In this document: piece by piece, positions 27,980 to 38,400 of the stretch
Position numbering within the stretch: position 1 is the stretch's first letter
Layout: every line of letters begins with the position of its first letter
Translations under genes and position numbers: made by a program
Notes under the pieces: model-generated
Databases searched by the model: none
Told to the model about the DNA's origin: nothing
What the model saw: only the letters and a program-made list of their open reading frames with translations
Origin: Candidatus Hydrogenedentota bacterium
GTDB lineage: Bacteria > Hydrogenedentota > Hydrogenedentia > Hydrogenedentales > SLHB01
Assembly (NCBI GenBank): GCA_963674865.2
Contig: CAXXYE010000003.1
Location: forward strand, 1-64,000
Length of the DNA stretch: 64,000 nt
Reading direction: 5' to 3'

Positions 27980-30900
27980 TCCGCCGCCAACGCTTTCGTC
28001 AATGCCGCGGCCTCGGCCCGCATGCGCATGACTTCGCCGTAATCCATCTCATAATCACGCAGGAAGCGCGTGATGTCGCCGAGGGCGAAGCCTTTGCGCG
28101 TAGCCTCCTCGATGCGCGCGCCCAGCAGCGCGCCGGCTTTGGCCACAAGTTCCGGCTTCCGGTTTGCGCTTTGGGCGGCATCGGCGGCGGCCTGGAGCAT
28201 CATGAAAGCGCGCACGTCCTCGATCCCGTCGCGATAGGCTTCCCAGCGCCGGCTGATGACCTCGCTTTCCGGTGCGGCGTAGTTGGCGCCGTACTCGGAG
28301 CCGGCTTGGCGAAGGAAAAGGTCATTCCCGCCGTAAGCGGCTCCGCTGTAAAGCTGCGTCCAGAAGCCCGTCCCGGACAGGCCCAGTTGATAAGCCATCC
28401 ACGAATTGGCCCGGTAGTAGCCGAGCGGCCTGAGGAGCTTCACGTCCCCCGGCGCTTCATAGCACCATACGGGCTTGCCCGTGTCCAGGAAGAACGTGGC
28501 CATCTCGCGCGAACGCCTGAGCATGCCCTGCTCGGGGCACCACACGTCTACCAGCGGCACCATGCAGGCCATGGTTTCGGGCGTTACGAAGCCGGAAGGA
28601 TTCGCGTAGATGGGCGCCTCGGGCATGGCCTCGCGAAAGTGGGAGGCGATGACTCTGAACCGCTCGATGCGCGTGCCGCCGTAGAGGCCCGGCTCGTCTA
28701 CCGGATACAAGGCCCACCGATCGCGCCCCCAGTCCTTGGCGGCGAGGTGGGCGTCGAGCTGTTGAAGCCACGCCCGCTCGGCTTTGACATGCACCGGGCC
28801 GAAGCGCTCGACTTCAGCGGGAGTGCGCACGCCGTCGCCCGTGATGAGAATGACGCCGTCGGGGCCGATCAGGTCGAGGTCCTCGTCAAACGCCGTCCAA
28901 TCGACTTTGCCCGTCAGCTTGCCTCGGCCATCGCACTTGGGCGCCGGCGCTCCCATGACATGCACGTTCATGCCATGTTCACGCGCCACGGCAATGGCGC
29001 TCATGTCGAGTCCCGAGCCTCGGAAGCGCTGCGGCGAAGACCAGTTGCAGCTACGCCAATCCGGTGCATCAGCCAAATCCAGAGCGTCCACTTGCGCGCG
29101 CAAGGTGAGGGACACCGTGAAATCATCCCATCCCAGCGGCAGCAAGAGAACGGGCAAGTCCGTCGTTCCTGTCTCGAGCGCCTTGCCGTTGAACGTCATC
29201 CAGAGCCGGCGCACTTCGCCCGGGGCAATGCGAAGCGTCCACGCCTGATTCATGTGGGCAAGGGCGTCGTCCACCGATGTCCCGTTGGCGCGCGGCGTCT
29301 CGACGACCTCGTAGAAGAGCACGCCCGCGAGGGTGGACTCCTCAGGCCGCACCTGCAGGATGACGGGCTCCTGCTGGATGTTGGCCAAGCACAGGCAGCG
29401 GCTCTCGTATTCCCCGCCGTACATGGCGGCTTCCACCGTGGGATCGGCGGAAAGCGCCGCGTCGTCCAGCAGTGCAGGCGTCTCATCCCACGGATTCGGA
29501 TCCTCCCACACGGCCACCGGCGCGCCCGGGCGGATCGTGTTGGCGGCGACGGTTACACGCGCCAGCGCCACATCCATATCGATGCCCGCCCGGAAGGCCT
29601 GAATCTCTTCGAGCAGGGCGTCCGCGTTGGGCGCGCTGGTGAAGTCGAGTTCGCGCGCCCTCCGTTCGAGAGCATCGAGGGTCGCCTGACGCCGCGCGAT
29701 GCGTTCGCGCAGCAGCAGACGCGCACCGAAGGCCTCCTGCGGCAGTGCATCAGCCTTGTCAGCGAGTTTTGCCAGAGACGCGTCCACTTCCTTGGCAAAC
29801 TGTTTGAATCCCGCGAGTTTCACCTCCGCCTGCCACGCGCTCATGGGCCGCCAATCCTCGGGCGAATACACCTGGATGCGAATCGTGTGCTTGCCGGGGC
29901 CGACGAGGTCGATGGGCAGGCGTTCGGGCAAGTCGGCGGGGGCCAGATCGAGTACGCGAGCGAAGCGCCTGCTGCTCGCGTCCATCGTGGCTACTTCGAC
30001 GACCACCCGCTCGCCCTCGTAATCAGGCCACGAGACTGCCACCTCGTTCGTTCCCCACGTTGGGGGAGAGGCCCACGCGGCGTCGAGGACGCCGGGACGG
30101 CCTTCCGGCGGCGACGGGAGCCGCGGGTTTTTCAGAGGTACGCATCCCTGGCGGGCGTCGTCGTAGCGCTGACTCATCCAAGGCGCCCGCGCACCTTGCG
30201 CTTTGCCGCCGAACGTGAAGCAGCGTACCAGCCCTTGTCTGGAGCCGGAGAGGATGATGTCGAGCCCGCCGTCCTTGTCCACGTCGGCCACGAGGGGCGC
30301 GCAGTCGGCGCCTCCGGGCATTTCGTATGCGCCAAGTACGCTCCCATGCTCATCGAGGACGAACCAGGACTTGCCGTCCTCGTTGGTATCGCGGACGGCG
30401 CCGATGATTTCGCACCGGCCGTCAGCGTTGATATCGACCACCGCGGCCGTCCAGAAATAGGCGTGGCCGCCGGTGGTTGTCTTCCAGCGTTCCGTACCAT
30501 CGCCGCTGAAGCAGTAGATGGTGTTCGAGCGAAGGGGCAGGATGACTTCATTCGAGCCGTCCCCTTCGATATCGGCGATGGCGGCGGCCGTGTAACCGTG
30601 TAGATTGAGCCGCGCGTCCCACACCAGGGCGCCGTCGCCCGCATCCAGTACGACGAGGCGGCTGTTGGGATTGTTGTAACTCGTATTGATGGCGACCTCG
30701 TAGTCCCCGTCGCCGTCCAGATCGCCGATGGTGGGATTGGTGCGCGCGAATTGACTTTCCTGTTGGGCCAGCCAGCGGAGTCCGCCGTCCGGGCCCAAAG
30801 CGACCACGTGGTCATTCTCCGTGCCGTATACGATCATGGCGGCGCGGCCCTCAGGCCCGAGCGCCACCGCCGCCGGCGACACGCGGTACGGATCCACCTT

Positions 30901-31401
30901 CACGCGCCAGAGGAGTTTGCCGTCGCCGCTGAGGCAGTTCATATAGCCTGCGATGTCGCCGCAAATCACCTCGCGTATCCCGTCGCCGTCCAGGTCGGGC
31001 AGGACGGGCGCGCTCCAATCCTGCACCTTGCCCATGAGGGGATGCCGCCACAGTTCCACGCCCTTGCCGTCGAGCGCCACCACTTCCCCTGCTCGCGTGG
31101 CCGTCACGATCTCCGGCGTGCCGTCACCGTCGAGGTCGCCGACGGCGGGCGTCGCGTCGGCGATCTCTCCCAGGTCGGTTGCCCAGACTAACTGTCCGTG
31201 TCCGTCGAGCGATATGATCTTGCCGGGGCGCTCGATGATGATGATGTTCTCCGGCGACTCGATGCCCGGATAGAGCACGGGCGTTCCGGAGGTTTCCTCA
31301 GCGCAGTCGTATTCCCACACGAGTTCGGGCGCGGGGAGCACGGCCGGCTGGCCGCTGGTGAGTGAGGCCACAAGACAAAGACTGACGGCGATGGCGTTCA
31401 C
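27976..31401 (-). CDS. Secreted FG-GAP/PQQ-like propeller protein with a C-terminal glycoside-hydrolase-like (GH123/DUF4091-like) domain
   Basis: Repeated DLDGDG..E motifs. C-terminal YPVDEPG, VDVWCP, VWCY and SRRWEAYRDGIED. Confidence 0.65.
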   Translation of the reverse strand: MNAIAVSLCLVASLTSGQPAVLPAPELVWEYDCAEETSGTPVLYPGIESPENIIIIERPGKIISLDGHGQLVWATDLGEIADATPAVGDLDGDGTPEIVTATRAGEVVALDGKGVELWRHPLMGKVQDWSAPVLPDLDGDGIREVICGDIAGYMNCLSGDGKLLWRVKVDPYRVSPAAVALGPEGRAAMIVYGTENDHVVALGPDGGLRWLAQQESQFARTNPTIGDLDGDGDYEVAINTSYNNPNSRLVVLDAGDGALVWDARLNLHGYTAAAIADIEGDGSNEVILPLRSNTIYCFSGDGTERWKTTTGGHAYFWTAAVVDINADGRCEIIGAVRDTNEDGKSWFVLDEHGSVLGAYEMPGGADCAPLVADVDKDGGLDIILSGSRQGLVRCFTFGGKAQGARAPWMSQRYDDARQGCVPLKNPRLPSPPEGRPGVLDAAWASPPTWGTNEVAVSWPDYEGERVVVEVATMDASSRRFARVLDLAPADLPERLPIDLVGPGKHTIRIQVYSPEDWRPMSAWQAEVKLAGFKQFAKEVDASLAKLADKADALPQEAFGARLLLRERIARRQATLDALERRARELDFTSAPNADALLEEIQAFRAGIDMDVALARVTVAANTIRPGAPVAVWEDPNPWDETPALLDDAALSADPTVEAAMYGGEYESRCLCLANIQQEPVILQVRPEESTLAGVLFYEVVETPRANGTSVDDALAHMNQAWTLRIAPGEVRRLWMTFNGKALETGTTDLPVLLLPLGWDDFTVSLTLRAQVDALDLADAPDWRSCNWSSPQRFRGSGLDMSAIAVAREHGMNVHVMGAPAPKCDGRGKLTGKVDWTAFDEDLDLIGPDGVILITGDGVRTPAEVERFGPVHVKAERAWLQQLDAHLAAKDWGRDRWALYPVDEPGLYGGTRIERFRVIASHFREAMPEAPIYANPSGFVTPETMACMVPLVDVWCPEQGMLRRSREMATFFLDTGKPVWCYEAPGDVKLLRPLGYYRANSWMAYQLGLSGTGFWTQLYSGAAYGGNDLFLRQAGSEYGANYAAPESEVISRRWEAYRDGIEDVRAFMMLQAAADAAQSANRKPELVAKAGALLGARIEEATRKGFALGDITRFLRDYEMDYGEVMRMRAEAAALTKALAAE

Positions 31402-31444
31402 TGGATCATTCTCCTTTTTCGATGCCGCTTCGGCGTATTTCGCG

Positions 31445-32725
31445 CTAGGATTTCAGGAAATCCCAGAAATTGCCGCCCAGGAGTCGGGCGACGTCGCGCG
31501 CGATTTCATCCTTCGTAAGCGTCCAGCCCGTGGCCACCATGTCGGCGTACTTGTCGCCAAGCACGTCGGCGATGATAGCCCGGGAATGCGTCCATTTGTA
31601 GATAAGCTGATCCAGGATGCGGCAGTCCGAGTGCTGCGGCACGACGCTCAGGCCGAGGAGCTCGAAGCGCATCCGCGTGATCTCCTCGATCAGGCTCGGA
31701 TCGTTGAGAAACCACCAGCACCCGAACAGGCACAAGTTGCGGAACTTCCGCGCCGCCACGCAGCAGGCATGCTGGTTCTCGCGGGCGAGCATCGTAAGCA
31801 TGAATTTATTGTCCGGATAATCCGCGCACAGGCTCTCCACGGCGCCCACGTCCCCGTAGCCGACGCCGTCCGCGGCCAAACGCAGCGGCGGGTTGACGTT
31901 GCGCTTCACGCCGATCATCATCGCGAAAGGCACGTTGTGCTCGCGCGCCACGGGCAGCACGCACTCGGTGATGAGCGTCGTCCGGGACGTTTCATCCGGG
32001 AACGCGAACGTCGGCGGCAGCGAGACGGCCATGTAGAGGGCCTTGATACGCGTCAGCCACTCATCGAGGAAGCGGCGCACCTCGCTCCGCGTCTCGACGC
32101 CCAGCGATTCCTCCACGGCGTATCCCCAGCCCTTCAGGCACTCGCACGCCCGCGGCCAATCCGTGAGGAGGGGGTCGATACGCAACGCCGCATGGAAGCG
32201 CGGATCTCCCTCGACGCCCGTTTCCCATAGGGGCCGCTCCAGATCATCGAAGGGGTCATTCGTCATGACGACGGACTCGATATGGGCCGTCTTGAAGACG
32301 GTGTCGACGTAGTCCTCCACCGCCTGCTCGGCGAAGTACGCGCGGTACGCATCCAGATCGCGCGCGGCCACGTCCAGGCCCAGCTTGTTCAGCACGGTAA
32401 GGACGCCCCGGCACGCCTCGCTGATGGGCGAGCGCTCAACGAACAGCTCCTGCCAGATCAAGTCGGCCTGCTCGCGCTTGCTCATGGCGTAATAGGCGTC
32501 GTACGCCACGTCCGACGCACGCAGAGTTTCCGCGATGAGATAGTGGTACGTGATCAGCTCATCCACGCCCCACAACAGCAACTCGCCGAACGGCGGGCTG
32601 TACAGGTGCGTGTGAATATCCGTCACCGGCGTGTCCTGCACCACTTGGCGGACGGCTGCGCGCATTTCCTCGGTTTGGCTCTGTTGGAATGGGCCTTCGG
32701 ACATGATAACAACGGCTCCTCTCAC
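31445..32725 (-). CDS. uxaC: Glucuronate (uronate) isomerase
   Basis: DIHTHL, LITYHYL, MTNDPFD, GCWWFLN and QHSDCRILDQLIYKW; amidohydrolase fold. Confidence 0.85.
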   Translation of the reverse strand: MRGAVVIMSEGPFQQSQTEEMRAAVRQVVQDTPVTDIHTHLYSPPFGELLLWGVDELITYHYLIAETLRASDVAYDAYYAMSKREQADLIWQELFVERSPISEACRGVLTVLNKLGLDVAARDLDAYRAYFAEQAVEDYVDTVFKTAHIESVVMTNDPFDDLERPLWETGVEGDPRFHAALRIDPLLTDWPRACECLKGWGYAVEESLGVETRSEVRRFLDEWLTRIKALYMAVSLPPTFAFPDETSRTTLITECVLPVAREHNVPFAMMIGVKRNVNPPLRLAADGVGYGDVGAVESLCADYPDNKFMLTMLARENQHACCVAARKFRNLCLFGCWWFLNDPSLIEEITRMRFELLGLSVVPQHSDCRILDQLIYKWTHSRAIIADVLGDKYADMVATGWTLTKDEIARDVARLLGGNFWDFLKS

Positions 32726-33039
32726 GATGCTGTGGTGGATATACTTGCGCCGCCCGTAGCATACCGCAGCCGCCTCCAGCGGGGCAATTCGCGATCTTGC
32801 GGCGCCGACATCTTGCCGGCACGCGGAAGGCGAGACGCCTTCCGCGCAGCTACCGAGACGGTGGCGCTACTGTAGTCCGCCGAAGGGGCCTGCGTCAGTT
32901 TCCGGGATATTCCCGTCCAATGCGGCCTTCTCAAGGGGACCTCGCTCCGGTAGAAGTGTGGCCTGAACCTGCGGTTCCTGGTGGGATGCGGGAACGGGCC
33001 TCCTGTCGGTGGGGCGTGTGCATAGCCCGCCGTGGCGAA

Positions 33040-33262
33040 AGCCCCGAACGGGGCGGCCGCGACTGCCATCACCGCAAGACGGATTTCAGGCAGGAATTCA
33101 GAGCGCTGTTGAAGGCCCACGGCGTGGATTTTCGACGAGGAATACTCTTGGCTGTGAAGTGAGAACGCTGTCGCCCCGTTCGGGGCTCTTGATGGAAAGG
33201 TCCCGTGTCCGTGGGCTCGCTTCGCTCACCCACGGCTACACGCGAGCGCCCCGTTCGGGGCG
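33040..33262 (+). mobile_element. Remnant of an IS200/IS605-type (REP-associated) tyrosine transposase with flanking REPs
   Basis: 33067..33157 encodes HHRKTDFRQEFRALLKAHGVDF(DEEYSW after a frameshift), the C-terminus of this family. It is flanked by GCCCCGAACGGGGC palindromes at 33040, 33172 and 33247. Confidence 0.6.
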
Positions 33263-33264
33263 CC

Positions 33265-34079
33265 GGGCAATCGCCGCTCAGGTATACTCGGAGGGATTAT
33301 ACAGATGCTCGTCATTCGGCTGTGGTTTGAGGGCAATCGCCGCTCAGGTATACTCCGCCCGATAAGCTCATCGCCCCGAACCGTGCTGTGGTTTGAGGGC
33401 AATCGCCGCTCAGGTATACTCCGAGCTTGTCTTGCTTAGCAAGGCGCAAGCTGTGGTTTGAGGGCAATCGCCGCTCAGGTATACTGACGGCCGCGTCGGC
33501 AGCGTTGTTGAACAGGCTGTGGTTTGAGGGCAATCGCCGCTCAGGTATACTGACGGCCGCGTCGGCAGCGTTGTTGAACAGGCTGTGGTTTGAGGGCAAT
33601 CGCCGCTCAGGTATACTGACGGGCAGGTCGGAGACGGCCTGGAAGGAGCTGTGGTTTGAGGGCAATCGCCGCTCAGGTATACTACGCGGGGAACTCGTTG
33701 TGCGCGTCCGGAGGCTGTGGTTTGAGGGCAATCGCCGCTCAGGTATACTCTTGTCGGCCGAGCATAGACCAGTGTCGCCGCTGTGGTTTGAGGGCAATCG
33801 CCGCTCAGGTATACTCGACACCGGTTCCGTTCCATTGTTCCCGGTGCTGTGGTTTGAGGGCAATCGCCGCTCAGGTATACTCCGTTGCGGGTGTTGCGCA
33901 ATAGACGCGACGCTGTGGTTTGAGGGCAATCGCCGCTCAGGTATACTCGACCTCATTATCTCGCATCCTGTAGTCGAGCTGTGGTTTGAGGGCAATCGCC
34001 GCTCAGGTATACTGAGTTCGCGCTGTGGTACGGCGAAAATCAGGCTGTGGTTTGAGGGCAATCGCCGCTCAGGTATACT
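33265..34079 (+). CRISPR. Type II-C CRISPR array: 12 full 36-bp repeats, 1 truncated repeat, 12 spacers (29-30 bp)
   Basis: Repeat GCTGTGGTTTGAGGGCAATCGCCGCTCAGGTATACT at 33319, 33385, 33450, 33516, 33582, 33648, 33714, 33780, 33846, 33912, 33978 and 34044; partial copy at 33265. Confidence 0.98.
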
Positions 34080-34080
34080 T

Positions 34081-34115
34081 AAACTCCCTGTAAATGCTTT
34101 ATTTACAGGGGGTTT
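34081..34115 (+). terminator. Hairpin immediately downstream of the array
   Basis: aaactccctgtaaat-gcttt-atttacagggggttt, 15-bp stem with one G:U pair. Confidence 0.6.
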
Positions 34116-34245
34116 CCTGGCATTTGGCGCTGAAAAACCTGCCTGAAACCGCGGTTCTTGGCGGGGTGCGGCCGGAAAACATCTGCCTTCCATTTCGAAA
34201 ACCGGCACTTCGGCCCGCTCATTCGGCGGCGCATTGGCCGCAGCC

Positions 34246-34575
34246 TCAGAAGAGCATCATCTGGGGCGGGGGCTCCTCGGGACTCTCCCGCCTCTTTCCG
34301 TGAAATACATCCATCTTCCCAAACTGGTGGTCCGTTACGGCAAGGAGGCGGACATGCCCGCCGGATGGAATGGCCTGTCTCACCCGTTTGCGATGCACCT
34401 TGCTCGCCTCTTCGCTTCCGAAGTACCGAGCGTATACGGAGAACTGCATCATCAGAAAACCGTTCTGCAAGAGCGTTCTGCGGAAGCGAACGTAGTTCCG
34501 CTTCCCCTCGGGCGTATCCACCGGTAGATCGAACATCGCGAAAAGCCACATCCCCCGATACTCCGATATTGCCAA
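34246..34575 (-). CDS. cas2: CRISPR-associated Cas2
   Basis: YRGMWLFAMFDLPV, FRRTLLQNGFLMMQFSVYAR and VTDHQF; start uncertain. Confidence 0.95.
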   Translation of the reverse strand: MAISEYRGMWLFAMFDLPVDTPEGKRNYVRFRRTLLQNGFLMMQFSVYARYFGSEEASKVHRKRVRQAIPSGGHVRLLAVTDHQFGKMDVFHGKRRESPEEPPPQMMLF

Positions 34576-34591
34576 GCCGCCCTGCGCCACC

Positions 34592-35482
34592 TCACACCTC
34601 CGGCAGCGCCAGATCCCGCCGCTCGCCGGCGAAGACTTGCGCCAAGGAAGCCGACATCCGCGCCGCGATGTCAAAGAGGGAGCGCTCCTCGCCCTTCAGC
34701 GTATACCGCGCCCCCAGCGCCCTGAGCAAGGCGCCCTTCGCCTCTTTGTCCAGCGGCCCCGCCGCGCCCTTTTCCCAAACGTGCCGCGCTACCGCCCTAT
34801 CGACCACGGGCCGGTACGGCTCCATGAGGTCATCCGCCAGCCGGTAGGCGTCGTAGCGGTTGTGATGGTGCAATCCGAGCGATGGGTGCAGGCCCGCGCC
34901 GCAGATGGCGCGCGCCACGATCGCGCGCAGTACGCCATAGCCGTAGTTCAATTGAGCGTTCTGATCTTCCGCATCGCGGTTGCGGCGAAATCCGGGATCG
35001 TTGAACAGCGCGGGCCAATACCGCCGCGACGCCTGCCCCTCGATATTCTGCGTGTCCCCCGACTTCACCTTTTCCGCCCAAGCCAACAGGCCGCGATCAT
35101 CTCCGTGCAAGTTTTCGAGCAGCCGCCCCTGCGCGCGCACCTTGGCGCGGATAATCTGCTGCCAGAGCCGCTTACACGTCGGCCGCGACGCCTCGGCCTG
35201 CTGCGCGAACCGCTCCGATTGCAGGTGATGCCCTTCGATGGGCAGCATCATAGCCACCGGCATATGCCGCTCGTCGCACGCCACGAACACGCCCCCCGCT
35301 TGGGCGAGTCCCGCCAGCACCGCCTGAGTGAAGATCACTTGCCGGTGCGACACAATGAGTACGGCCAGCTCCTCCAGAGGCAGCGTGGTTTCGCCGCCGT
35401 CCCGCTGGAGAATCACCAGCAATCCCATTCGCACCGCGAGCTTGGCGGGCCTTTCCGATAGATCAAGAACGGTATCAGTCAT
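34592..35482 (-). CDS. cas1: CRISPR-associated Cas1 (type II)
   Basis: EGQASRRYW, NAQLNYGYGVLR and HHHNRYDAYRLADDLMEPYRP. Confidence 0.97.
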   Translation of the reverse strand: MTDTVLDLSERPAKLAVRMGLLVILQRDGGETTLPLEELAVLIVSHRQVIFTQAVLAGLAQAGGVFVACDERHMPVAMMLPIEGHHLQSERFAQQAEASRPTCKRLWQQIIRAKVRAQGRLLENLHGDDRGLLAWAEKVKSGDTQNIEGQASRRYWPALFNDPGFRRNRDAEDQNAQLNYGYGVLRAIVARAICGAGLHPSLGLHHHNRYDAYRLADDLMEPYRPVVDRAVARHVWEKGAAGPLDKEAKGALLRALGARYTLKGEERSLFDIAARMSASLAQVFAGERRDLALPEV

Positions 35483-38400
35483 TCGCCGGAAGTACCTCTC
35501 CCAAAGGCGTCACGCTAACCTTGCGGCAGTTGACGGAGCGCAGACTCGCTATGCTTGGGCGGTATTGCCTATTGCGGGCGTTCCCGGACCTCGGAATGTC
35601 TGCCTTCTTGCGGGCGTCGAGCATGTGAACACACTCCAAGCGTCCGGCCTGTTCTTGAGAGACTCCCCGAACCACGTACAACTCTCGGGCAACCTCCCCA
35701 TCTTCTGTTTTCACGTCCACCTCAATCGTGTCTCCCTGCGTGAGCGAAAAGAGGAAATGCCGTCGAGGCTCCGATGTTCGGTGCACAATCGGCTCTTCGC
35801 TGCGCAGGCGTTGATGGGCCTCCAGCCGTGTCACGACGGCGCCTTGCCACTGCTTTGCTTCGCCTTGGGCGTCGAGAACGGCCACGACCTCCACGTGGCT
35901 GTTGCCGCGTGTCCAGACATGCCGGGTGCTATGGCCGTGTCCTATGGCCGTGGTCTTTCTCTTGTACCTGAGCCGCGCTTTGTGAATGGGAATGCGCCGG
36001 CCGTTTCTCGCTTCGATATGTGGATGATTCTCCGGGAATTCCAGTTTCTTGACGTCGCCCAGCTCCTCGATCTTCTCGCGCACCTTCTCCCTGATGTGGT
36101 CGTCCACAATGGCCGCAACGTCCCCCGCGCTCAAGTCCTTCAACGGCTTCCGCACGTAGGCCCATCCGTCCTCGGCAGGGGCCTCTCCGTAGAACGTTTC
36201 TTCGTGTAGGCTGCCCCGGATCTTCCGGGATACGCGGTGCGATACCACAATGTGATCGATGCATCCCTGAACATCCCGCAGGAAGCCGTCCCAGGGCGTC
36301 TCCAAGAGCTTCCACCATCCTCGGCTCCGGCCTTTTTCGTGTAGCTGCCGCTCCGAAGCCTTGCTCATCGCGGCCACCGTCCGGCGATCCGTCAGCGCAA
36401 TCACCACAGCGTCGATGGCGTGGTGCCGGTGATCGGCGCGTGATTTCCCGCCGCCGTCGCCGAGGATCTTGTTCAGGTTCCAGGCCCCGCGCAGATAGGC
36501 CGTTACCTTGCCCGGACTGACCTGCACGCGGCTCCGCGCCGCCTCGCCGTAGAGCCAGGCCAAGTACTTCATCGCCTCGCGGCCCGCGTAGCGCGTGTCG
36601 TTGAGCTTGCTCGACGCGAAGTCATCGAAAGGATCAAGATTCCGCAGTTGGAAGCGTTCGAGTTTTGCTTTCGCCGCGTCTCCCCGAAACTGCTTGACGC
36701 GATCGACGATCTCTTCCCACCTGTCCGAATCGCCGCCGTAGGCCTCAAAGGGCGTCTTGTTGCCTTTCCGACTCTGGTTTTCCTCGTGGTAGCAAAGCGT
36801 CTTGTTGAGGAAGGAATCATCCAGGCAGCGGCTGAAGGGGATGATGTGCTCCACGTCAAACTGCGGGTGAGCACCCACAAGCCCGGCAATGGAGATAGGT
36901 TTGCCCGTGTAGGGGCACTTCATATTCGACTCAATGGCCAACAGGACCTTCTCGATATCGGCCCGGCTCGGTTCTTTGTTGCCCGTCTCGTCCAAGATGA
37001 GCCTCGCGGCGTCTTTGCGCTTGGACTCGCGCTTGCGGCTGTTTTCCCATATCCGCTTGCGCTGCTCGCGCGGATTCTTCAAGTCTCGCGCCAGTTCCAG
37101 GCGGATGGCATCCGGCTTCCCGTATTTCCTGATGACTGCATTCACCACCTTGCGCAACTCGGTGAGCGCGCGGTGAACCGCCGGATTGCGCAGCGTCAGG
37201 CCTGCATCGTCCACCGAGGGCAGCTCGTCCACCGCCAGCTTCTGCCATTCCCGCGGATAGATCTCCGCCTTGGCCGTGGCAAAGGCCGTGCCCTCTTCCA
37301 TAATAGGCAGCAGTTTGCGCAAGGCCCGGCGTGATAACGCGCTGTAGCCCTTCTCCAACTGCACTTTTCCGAAGGCGGCCGCCGCTTCCGGATCCAGTGC
37401 CCATACCTCTCGCCCCCGCCGCGCCAAGACCGATTCCTTCTGAATACTCCGCACGTCGTCAATGATGCTTTCCCGTTCGGCGTCACACAGCGAGTCCCAG
37501 CGCGCTCCAAAGATCTTGCGCAGTCGTGCGGCGGTGCGGTTGCCTGGCAGCTTCTTTTCCCCGCCCCGCTCGAGATTGAATTCGCACCCCTTCAGCTTCA
37601 GTAGTGTCCTGATGCTCCCGAAGGTGGCATCCTCCTGTTGCTCCAATTTGTCTAGGAGCTTCGCCCGCTCCTCGGGCGTCAACGGCCTAGGTTGCCCCTC
37701 TGGTGGGTGAACGCGCAGATCGTTGACCTTTTGCAGCAGCCGGAATCGCTGCGCTTCCGGGAGCGCCAGTGCCGCCCGTTTTCGCCCTTTCTCAAGCTCG
37801 CACTTGCCGATAAGGTGCTTCGCGCTCTTGAGCGGACGCTGGTAGAAGATCGCCCGGCGCACCTGCCGGTGTAGCTTCTCCGTCAGCAGTTCAGGATGAT
37901 ATGCCTGCTGTGCTTGCCAAAGAGCATCAAACTCTTCCTCGTACATCCGCCGCGCCGTCAAGCGCTTCCTGAGCCGCCGCTCCAGAATGGGATCAACTTT
38001 GGCGAGGTATTCGCCTAGCGTGCGAGCGCCTGCCTTCTGAATCAGTCCCGCCAGCTCACTGATCGCGGGCCCGACTTTGCCCTTTTCGTCATCATCGAGA
38101 GGCGTCTTGCGGTTGCTCAAGTATCCGCGTCGCTGTGCCAAGTGGTACAGAGCGCGGCCGAAGGCATGCAACTCAAGCCGTTCATCCAGTCCGCGTGCTC
38201 GGAGGAAGTACGGCAACTGAGTCAGGGCCGGGCGAAGCGGCGCGTCGGCCGCCGTTTCCGCCTCGAACGCCTTGTAGAGTTCATTGTCTAGTTTGGCCAG
38301 GAGTGCGTGGCGTTCCGCGCCCCCCTTTACATCCCCGGGCGGCAGGAGTCCTGAACGCTGCAATAGGCCGGCCAGTTTCCGCATCCGCCGCGCCTGCCTG

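Noticed and set aside
33289..34043. Self-targeting of the phage-like cluster by CRISPR spacers
   Set aside because: No spacer match was found by eye within the window; an alignment is needed to exclude it formally.
33312..34208. Repetitive ORFs of 298, 239 and 163 aa
   Set aside because: They are translations of the 66-bp periodic CRISPR array.
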